Shown here one piece after another: positions 57,678 to 64,000 of a stretch of DNA of 64,000 nt (the first letter of the stretch is position 1; every line of letters starts with the position of its first letter). Below the pieces are notes generated by a model. It was not told where the DNA came from, ran no database searches, and saw only the letters and a program-made list of their open reading frames with translations. The DNA is taken from IMG/VR virus record IMGVR_UViG_3300037312_000927. One strand, given 5' to 3'. A program made the position numbers and the translations under genes. The DNA comes from a virus.

Positions 57678-58172
57678 ATGGCTTTAAAAACACATTATGA
57701 TGACCTTCTAAAAAATGTCAAAGATGGCATCATCGTACACGGCTGTAACGCACAAGGTAAGATGCGTTCCGGATTCGCCAAGCAACTAAGGGAGATGTAT
57801 CCCAGAGCGTACCTGGACTACTATGCATCTTATAAAAGGTATGGGTTGAGGACGGGGAAAGTTGTGATTAGTCCAGTGCCTCCCCATGAAAATAAATTCG
57901 TAATTGCTAATGCCATTACTCAGGAATTCTATGGATATGACCGGGAGACAGTCTACGTAGATTATGAAGGGGTGGCGAAATGCTTTAAAGACATTAGCGA
58001 ATACGCTTTGAAAAACGGATTTAAAGAGATTCACTTTCCCAAGATCGGCGCTGGCCTGGCTAATGGCAACTGGGACCGAATCATAAAGATCATCCAAGAT
58101 GCTGTTGATCCAAGCATCGAACTTAATCTCTGGATCAAACCTGAAACCTCTCAACCACTTGTAAAGGAATAA
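57678..58172 (+). CDS. Macrodomain ADP-ribosylhydrolase-like protein
   Basis: IVHGCNAQGKM-SGFA, IANAITQ, FPKIGAGLA-G-W. Confidence 0.88.
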   Translation: MALKTHYDDLLKNVKDGIIVHGCNAQGKMRSGFAKQLREMYPRAYLDYYASYKRYGLRTGKVVISPVPPHENKFVIANAITQEFYGYDRETVYVDYEGVAKCFKDISEYALKNGFKEIHFPKIGAGLANGNWDRIIKIIQDAVDPSIELNLWIKPETSQPLVKE

Positions 58173-58175
58173 AAC

Positions 58176-58469
58176 ATGGCTTCTCGTGACGATATTAAAG
58201 TAGGTACCGTATGGTCTGACAGCAGCTCAGACCGCCCCCTCACTGTTACCGATGTGGATGACGAAATCGTGGAATACGGTTACCCGCACATCGATCAGGT
58301 TTTTTACCTCACCAAGGGTACTTTTCTCGGTAACTTCAACCCATATAAAGGAAATCTGTCAGGCCAGAAAGACCAACTTTTGGGAGAACTCCGTCAGACA
58401 TTGATCGAACTGAAGACGATGGGCTACGGCGACAACGTCTACGAACTCCTGGACCAGATGGGCCTGTAA
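58176..58469 (+). CDS. Array protein 1 (variable N-term + conserved C-terminal helices)
   Basis: C-term LLGELRQTL...VYELLDQMGL. Confidence 0.7.
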   Translation: MASRDDIKVGTVWSDSSSDRPLTVTDVDDEIVEYGYPHIDQVFYLTKGTFLGNFNPYKGNLSGQKDQLLGELRQTLIELKTMGYGDNVYELLDQMGL

Positions 58470-58516
58470 TTAACGACGGGGTACTATGTACCCTGTTTTT
58501 TTAGTTAGGGGTAGAT

Positions 58517-58876
58517 ATGCACAAGCATTATACTTTGGATGAAATAGAGAAACTTCCGATTTGGGTCGCTATAGACGGCCGTCAATCTAACATTGAGAAC
58601 AGAGATATATACCAAACCAGGGTAAGTAAGGGCGGTAAGCTAGATGTAAGGCATGCGGGTACCGAGTCTCTACTGCGGGGTAAGCTTCTCGATTTGGAAA
58701 GTGAACAGTTTAGTTGGTATAAAGACTACGGAATTGAGAGTTGGAATAACAACTTCAGACCATACCCTCCTGAACACGAAAGAATTTTGAGGAAGCTTAA
58801 GGGTATCATTTTTCAAAGTTCAGATTTCCTGAATAAGGAAGAACTTGGTCAAGTCCTGGTTGAACTTGAGGTTTAA
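58517..58876 (+). CDS. Array protein 2
   Basis: C-term RKLKGII...ELGQVLVELEV. Confidence 0.7.
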   Translation: MHKHYTLDEIEKLPIWVAIDGRQSNIENRDIYQTRVSKGGKLDVRHAGTESLLRGKLLDLESEQFSWYKDYGIESWNNNFRPYPPEHERILRKLKGIIFQSSDFLNKEELGQVLVELEV

Positions 58877-59218
58877 ATGATTCTAAGGCTTGATGAACAT
58901 TCAGATGGAAAAGACTTGATAGGACGAGATCTTATCTATCTAGGAAGCCCGTCCCGTAGAGAGTACTATGTCTGCAGAGACATACAGAAAGTCCGCTACG
59001 GCAGTCACATGGAGGCACGGCTCTCTGATGCTACTTACGAACGGGGCCCTGTAACGGATACTTTCGGATTTAACCTGGGATCTACTTTCGAAAGTTTTGT
59101 ATTTCGCCCGCCAGAATACTACCGTAAACTTGCTCAGCTGCGGGCTACGTTAACACAACTTCAATCCACATCCAAACCCGTGGAAATATATGAAGTTGTA
59201 AACAGTCAGGAGATTTAA
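58877..59218 (+). CDS. Array protein 3
   Basis: C-term RKLAQLRATL...EIYEVVNSQEI. Confidence 0.7.
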   Translation: MILRLDEHSDGKDLIGRDLIYLGSPSRREYYVCRDIQKVRYGSHMEARLSDATYERGPVTDTFGFNLGSTFESFVFRPPEYYRKLAQLRATLTQLQSTSKPVEIYEVVNSQEI

Positions 59219-59539
59219 ATGATAGTTAGACCTAATAAAGACCTTCAAGATTTCGAAGGCCGAGATTGGATTTATACTTACTCAAAAACTTACGATAACT
59301 ACTTTTACAAATGTGTTAGAGATGAGGGGCATGAGTTAAGGCTTCAGGGCCATGACCGTTACGGAGGCCATAAAAGGGATTCCTTTAATTATGATAAAAA
59401 GGAATTCTACGGAAAGTTCGTTGAAAATCCCAATCCTGTAGATAGGAAGATTATTCGTCTCAAAGGCATTATCTCCGTTCTCAGAGAATTAGTCGATGTC
59501 TCAGAGATTCATAACTTACTAGTAGAAATGGATATATGA
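59219..59539 (+). CDS. Array protein 4
   Basis: C-term RKIIRLKGII...EIHNLLVEMDI. Confidence 0.7.
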   Translation: MIVRPNKDLQDFEGRDWIYTYSKTYDNYFYKCVRDEGHELRLQGHDRYGGHKRDSFNYDKKEFYGKFVENPNPVDRKIIRLKGIISVLRELVDVSEIHNLLVEMDI

Positions 59540-59865
59540 TTAAACAAGTTCCGGATATTATATCTAAAGGTTCAGTGTTCGTTTATAAAGACGCCAGATC
59601 TTTATCTAGTGTGGGTAGTCTATTCATCGCCGATGAAATACGGGGTTCTGATAAGAGGCAGCGTTTCATCGGGGGAAGAGGTAACTACAATGGAGAAACT
59701 TATCACTTCGACAGAAAAGATATCGATACTAATCTAGTTCCGCTGATGGACGATTGGGAACGGAAGTTAACCCAATTAAGGTCCATCCTCAGCCAACTTG
59801 GACTTGTTTACGTGGGCGCTTCTCCAAGAGATATCTATAAACTCTTGCTTGAACTGGAGATCTGA
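59536..59865 (+). CDS. Array protein 5
   Basis: C-term RKLTQLRSIL...DIYKLLLELEI. Confidence 0.7.
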   Translation: MIKQVPDIISKGSVFVYKDARSLSSVGSLFIADEIRGSDKRQRFIGGRGNYNGETYHFDRKDIDTNLVPLMDDWERKLTQLRSILSQLGLVYVGASPRDIYKLLLELEI

Positions 59866-60191
59866 TGATTAAGAAACTGCCCGACATTTTGTACCCTGGA
59901 ATGACGATGGTTTATAGTACCCCTACGAGAGCATTAAAGGCAGGGTCTCTGTTTACTGTAAAAAAACCACTACCAGGAAATAGGTACGAGATAGAAGGAG
60001 GGGATGGGCATTATTATGGGAATAATTATAGCTTCACGTACAACGCTATCAATGGACAATTCGTCCTGCTCAACGAACCGTGGGAAACCAAGCTCTCCAG
60101 ATTGATCGCTATCACGCATCAGATGAAGAACTTGTACGGAGAGGGGTTCACTGAGGAATTTAACAAACTCCTTATTCAATTGGAAATTTGA
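59865..60191 (+). CDS. Array protein 6
   Basis: C-term TKLSRLIAIT...EFNKLLIQLEI. Confidence 0.7.
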   Translation: MIKKLPDILYPGMTMVYSTPTRALKAGSLFTVKKPLPGNRYEIEGGDGHYYGNNYSFTYNAINGQFVLLNEPWETKLSRLIAITHQMKNLYGEGFTEEFNKLLIQLEI

Positions 60192-60520
60192 TGATTAAAT
60201 ACGCCGTAGATGAGGAAGTTGAAGTAGGATCTCTTTGGATGAGTCAATATAGACGTAGCAAAGTCCCCCTTGATTCCATCGGGACTTCTATCTTCCGAGT
60301 AGAAGAGATTAGGAACTTGGAAATTTATACCAAAAGGATTGGACTATTATATCAGGACCTTACCCCCTTTTCGGATGATGAATTTCGAAATACATTCATC
60401 AAAATACCCCCAGAATACTACCTTAAACTATCCCGGCTCAAAGTTCTTTTACATCAGTGCATGGAAGACCAGGTTTCAAAAGAAAGTATTTATAACGTCG
60501 TTTTTGAGGCGGAACTATGA
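60188..60520 (+). CDS. Array protein 7
   Basis: C-term LKLSRLKVLL...SIYNVVFEAEL. Confidence 0.7.
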   Translation: MMIKYAVDEEVEVGSLWMSQYRRSKVPLDSIGTSIFRVEEIRNLEIYTKRIGLLYQDLTPFSDDEFRNTFIKIPPEYYLKLSRLKVLLHQCMEDQVSKESIYNVVFEAEL

Positions 60521-60867
60521 TTCATTATAAGAAGGGATTATTGCCAGGTGCACTGTGGCTTAACAGGCGTAGACATCGTGTGGTTGATTACGTTTATAGA
60601 GTCACCCGTACTAATATATCTAAAAAGGGTATGCAGTATTCCAGCGCATGGCTACAATATATCGGCAGAAGTGTTACTGACCCGGAGCTCTTATCTGGGC
60701 ATGGAGAGTCTAACGCTTTCAAAATGTTCCCTCTCCTTGAAAATTTCGTACCGCATATCAGCGATACTGACAAAAAGATATTCAAAGCGAAACAGTGTAT
60801 AGCCGGACTTTATGGTCTCGGGGCAATCACTGATGTTCATGACCTTTTAATGGAGGCGGAGGTATGA
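60517..60867 (+). CDS. Array protein 8
   Basis: C-term KKIFKAKQCI...DVHDLLMEAEV. Confidence 0.7.
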   Translation: MIHYKKGLLPGALWLNRRRHRVVDYVYRVTRTNISKKGMQYSSAWLQYIGRSVTDPELLSGHGESNAFKMFPLLENFVPHISDTDKKIFKAKQCIAGLYGLGAITDVHDLLMEAEV

Positions 60868-61211
60868 TTAACAGAGAAAGGATGTTCGGCCCAGGCGCTC
60901 TTTGGAGATATAGATACGGTAATTCAGTAAGAGGCGATTACTACCGTATTGTAAAGTACAAAGAAACCTCTAATCTTGCCGATAAAAATATAACCTTCTA
61001 TGGTTTAGGATCGAATCCAAAACGAGATCCTGGTTATAAAAATTCCAATAATTACGTCTATAGTGTGGAAGAATTCACTCAAGAATTGGCATTAGTTATA
61101 GATCCTGTGAACCGTAAATTGACAATGTTTAAACTTAAACTCTTGAGTTTTGTAAACATGAAAGCAGACGTGGACGAGCTCCGGGAGATGCTGGTAGAAT
61201 TAGATATTTAA
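60864..61211 (+). CDS. Array protein 9
   Basis: C-term RKLTMFKLKL...ELREMLVELDI. Confidence 0.7.
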   Translation: MINRERMFGPGALWRYRYGNSVRGDYYRIVKYKETSNLADKNITFYGLGSNPKRDPGYKNSNNYVYSVEEFTQELALVIDPVNRKLTMFKLKLLSFVNMKADVDELREMLVELDI

Positions 61212-61220
61212 GGAGTGTCT

Positions 61221-61487
61221 ATGAAATTAAGGACAAGAGTAAAACTAGAAGTAGGGTCCTATAGCAAGTCCTTTCACTATTGTGTAATCGGTGAACCTAA
61301 CGATTACTATTTGTGGCATAAAGAACCGGGTATGAAGGGTAGGAGCTCTGAAATATTCAATGGCCCTGACGCTTTCAAGCATTATGAAAGGATGAGGCAA
61401 TTACTTCAACACGATGGTGACAGAGCTGGTTTCATTGCTTATCTAACCGATCTTTTCAATAAATCGTTTGAAGTTCCCAGAGTCTGA
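61221..61487 (+). CDS. Hypothetical protein
   Basis: AAGGAG SD before ATG 61221. Confidence 0.6.
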   Translation: MKLRTRVKLEVGSYSKSFHYCVIGEPNDYYLWHKEPGMKGRSSEIFNGPDAFKHYERMRQLLQHDGDRAGFIAYLTDLFNKSFEVPRV

Positions 61488-61492
61488 AAAAG

Positions 61493-61523
61493 AAAAAGCC
61501 CGGTTTATGCCGGGCTTTTTTTT
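61493..61523. terminator. Bidirectional terminator
   Basis: AAAAAGCCCGG...CCGGGCTTTTTTT between convergent units. Confidence 0.8.
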
Positions 61524-61543
61524 AGCTTAATTCAGCTTATCGA

Positions 61544-62437
61544 TTAGAAGTCGACGACAATTGCACCGTTGACGTTACCGATACCCGAACCGATTGCTTC
61601 ATACGTACGGAACGAGATTTGGTCGCCTTCAGTCTTCAGGAACACGGTCGGTTCTTGCAGGCTGTAGAATTGACCCAGGTAATCCTCCGGAGCAAAGATG
61701 ATCGCACGGTTGGTCGGCAGGATGTCGGCCTTGTTCGTGGTGATAATCTTGTAGCCGAAGAAGTTGTTCAGGCTTTCTTCGCCGGTGAAGAACGCACCAG
61801 CCTTGTTGCTACCGATGGTCGTTGCCGGTTGAGCCAGCAGATCAGCGTACATCGATTGGGTCATCAGGATGCAACCAACCGGAAGTTTCTTAGCCAGCAG
61901 CTTTTTAACACCGTTCATCAGGTTGGGGATCGTGAAACCACCGGCGATGGTCGATACGTTGCTGTTAGCAGTAGCGATCGAAACGATGTTGTTGTAGAAG
62001 TTTTTATCTTCTTGCTCTTGCAGGTCCTTGACCGAGTTCTCTTGCAGGATCGTACGGATGTCAGTACGGTACGTAGCAAGTTCGAACTTCGACTTGGTGA
62101 AGGTATCCGACTCGATCTTCTGGAACGTCACAGGATAACGGGATCCGGTGAAGTAACGCAGTTTACCACGGCCCAGGAACGGCATGTTAGCTGCGACAGA
62201 GTCGATCTCTTTCTCAACGATAACAGTAGGTTCTTCAGTCAGTTGGCGATCCAGTTCCGAAGCAGTGATTTGAACCGGCTTCAGAATTTTACGGGTGAAA
62301 CCATCTTCACGCAGCTTTTGGCGAACGAAAGCCGACATTGCAGCGCCAGCTTCTTTAGTCATGCCTTGGTCAATTTTGTCCAGGAACGACTGGTTCAGGA
62401 ATTGGGTGTTGATACCCTCAGTGTTATATCCGCTCAT
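61544..62437 (-). CDS. Major capsid protein (HK97-fold)
   Basis: Strongest codon bias in window; KLREDGF-R-IL...VEKE; DLQ--ED--F helix; YEAIG-GI-N C-terminus. Confidence 0.85.
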   Translation of the reverse strand: MSGYNTEGINTQFLNQSFLDKIDQGMTKEAGAAMSAFVRQKLREDGFTRKILKPVQITASELDRQLTEEPTVIVEKEIDSVAANMPFLGRGKLRYFTGSRYPVTFQKIESDTFTKSKFELATYRTDIRTILQENSVKDLQEQEDKNFYNNIVSIATANSNVSTIAGGFTIPNLMNGVKKLLAKKLPVGCILMTQSMYADLLAQPATTIGSNKAGAFFTGEESLNNFFGYKIITTNKADILPTNRAIIFAPEDYLGQFYSLQEPTVFLKTEGDQISFRTYEAIGSGIGNVNGAIVVDF

Positions 62438-62452
62438 TGTATAATTCTCCTA

Positions 62453-62875
62453 TTACTTAACAAGGACCACTAGATGAGCGGTATCAGTTGCGCTAGCAGT
62501 GACCACATCCAGAACAGAACCGACGATAGGATCGGTACCCTCAACGCCTAGTGCCAGTTGACCATTTTTAGCGGTGAGAGGCGAACCTGGAACGTAAGCG
62601 CCAGCAGCGTAGTTCTGAGTAGAAACGATGAAGTTACTCCACAGAACAACTGCCAGACCGGTATTAGCAGCCGAAGCAGCATCACCGTTGCCAGATACAA
62701 CTAGACCGACCTTGTTACTTGCGGTAGCGCCGACTTTGTCAACAGTACCGTCCGATTGTTTAGCAACCCAGTCACCGTTGACCAGAGTCACGCCAGCTTT
62801 GATCGGTTCGACGCGGTCTAGGGCACCTTCATTCGGCCAGCCACGACGTACCATTGCTGTATATTCCATCTTCAT
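62453..62875 (-). CDS. Capsid decoration/cement protein
   Basis: 140 aa directly upstream of MCP, same codon bias, G--LTA--GQL beta-tulip-like pattern. Confidence 0.7.
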   Translation of the reverse strand: MKMEYTAMVRRGWPNEGALDRVEPIKAGVTLVNGDWVAKQSDGTVDKVGATASNKVGLVVSGNGDAASAANTGLAVVLWSNFIVSTQNYAAGAYVPGSPLTAKNGQLALGVEGTDPIVGSVLDVVTASATDTAHLVVLVK

Positions 62876-62979
62876 ATTTGAAGTTCCTTTTATTTATTAT
62901 TTGTTTACTACTTTTACCCAGCAGGTTTACAAGGCTCAGCTGGGTTGGTTATTCATTGTTACTGTGCTGTAACTAAATT

Positions 62980-62986
62980 TATTTTA
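62980..62986 (-). promoter_or_regulatory. Putative late promoter TAAAATA
   Basis: Upstream of capsid operon. Confidence 0.55.
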
Positions 62987-63040
62987 ATGCCTAATTTGAT
63001 TAGTGGTTTGAAATTAATAAAAATTTCAACTAATTAGACT

Positions 63041-63313
63041 TTAAGCAACCATCTTAGGATTAATCAATTTAGCATCACGGCCAACTGGAGAAGACGCGTC
63101 AAAGACGTGAGATGTATTAGGTTTAATTGCACGACCGAATACACTACCTGCAACTCCGCCTGCAGCAGCGCCTGCTAAGGCACCTTTGATTCTATTATCC
63201 TTGCCGCCTACGATTGCTCCACTTACGCCACCAATTGCAGCTCCACGAACAGCATTGCGTCCGATTGGGCCTAAATTCATTCCTGCGATTTTTTCTAGAT
63301 ATTTATTTGACAT
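63041..63313 (-). CDS. Glycine-zipper small protein with NKYLEKIA leader
   Basis: GAAIGGVSGAIVG / GALAGAAAGGVAG. Confidence 0.65.
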   Translation of the reverse strand: MSNKYLEKIAGMNLGPIGRNAVRGAAIGGVSGAIVGGKDNRIKGALAGAAAGGVAGSVFGRAIKPNTSHVFDASSPVGRDAKLINPKMVA

Positions 63314-64000
63314 TTTCTTTCCTATGGAATCTTAATGCTCCAAGAGTAGCACCTACGATGGCTGCCCTTACTAAACGACGTCCTGTTAGACCATGAACGG
63401 CACCTTCTAGTCCTTTACCCACGTTCTCTAAGGCATCGTATCCCCCTGGAACTTTAGGCATTCTCTTATGATATTTAGCAGCGGCTTCTACTCCATCGTA
63501 CACGGCCCCGCCTAGAACAGAATAAGCAGCGCCTTTCCCAGCGTTCTTTAAACGTTCTTTAGTATTAGAACTAGCGATCTTTTCTAAATAGCGATTATGC
63601 GCACTAGCGTACTTGTATTGATATTCTTCGTTTTGAGCTCTACGTCTAGCACCGCTATACATACTCCCCGCAGCCACGCCTGTAGCCAATGCAGTCCCTT
63701 TACGAGTGGCATCCCGAGCTGCAATTGCAGAGTCTACATGTGCTTGAGTGGTATGAGGAACTTCTTTAGTAGCAGCGTTTCTCATCTGGTCCATACCACT
63801 TTTTTTAGCTTGAACCTTAGCTTCTCTGTTGAGGAAAAACTCACCCATATTTTTCTTAGGGCCGTTTCTACTCATAGTGTCCTTAAAGGACTTATTCATA
63901 GTCTCAGATGAGTGAGCAGCAGCATCCATGCTTTTATGCAGATTAGCAGCCCTCTGAGTTTCTCGTACGGTTTCGCCAGTCAGATTCTTGGCGTACTTAC
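63303..64000 (-). CDS. Glycine-zipper two-unit protein (5' truncated by window edge)
   Basis: Frame stays open upstream of ATG 63929 to the window end; internal NRYLEKIA. Confidence 0.6.
   Translation of the reverse strand, partial: KYAKNLTGETVRETQRAANLHKSMDAAAHSSETMNKSFKDTMSRNGPKKNMGEFFLNREAKVQAKKSGMDQMRNAATKEVPHTTQAHVDSAIAARDATRKGTALATGVAAGSMYSGARRRAQNEEYQYKYASAHNRYLEKIASSNTKERLKNAGKGAAYSVLGGAVYDGVEAAAKYHKRMPKVPGGYDALENVGKGLEGAVHGLTGRRLVRAAIVGATLGALRFHRKENVK

Noticed and set aside
58715-58722. Extra TGGTATAA inside array gene 2
   Set aside because: Intragenic and lacks the usual downstream context; may be chance
61619-62473. 284-aa plus-strand ORF opposite the capsid gene
   Set aside because: Antisense shadow of MCP codon bias
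1-64000. tRNA, rRNA, integrase or IS elements
   Set aside because: None recognised by eye; a tRNAscan/Infernal run would be needed to exclude them formally

Overview
A 64-kb segment of a large lytic myovirus genome, probably infecting a proteobacterium. Evidence: tail sheath and tube, baseplate, tape measure, gpA-like terminase, major capsid protein and a phage sigma factor, with no integrase, tRNA or rRNA seen. Minus-strand late modules (at least 5 tailspikes, baseplate, tail, neck, head) are interrupted by plus-strand islands, each opening with a TGGTATAA promoter and usually closed by an intrinsic terminator. The best candidates for new biology are: (1) a complete phage-encoded ubiquitin-like conjugation cassette (tandem di-Ubl ending GTKG, E2 with Cys, JAB/JAMM protease, ThiF/E1; 32846-38154); (2) a retron-type reverse transcriptase whose first ~123 codons overlap an upstream gene in another frame (42516-44097), beside a ~640-bp palindromic, AT-cored origin-like element; (3) an ORF-less promoter-to-terminator small RNA (56233-56388); and (4) a 9-gene array of small proteins with variable N-termini and a shared C-terminal helix motif (58176-61211). 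All calls come from motif recognition by eye; no database searches were run.
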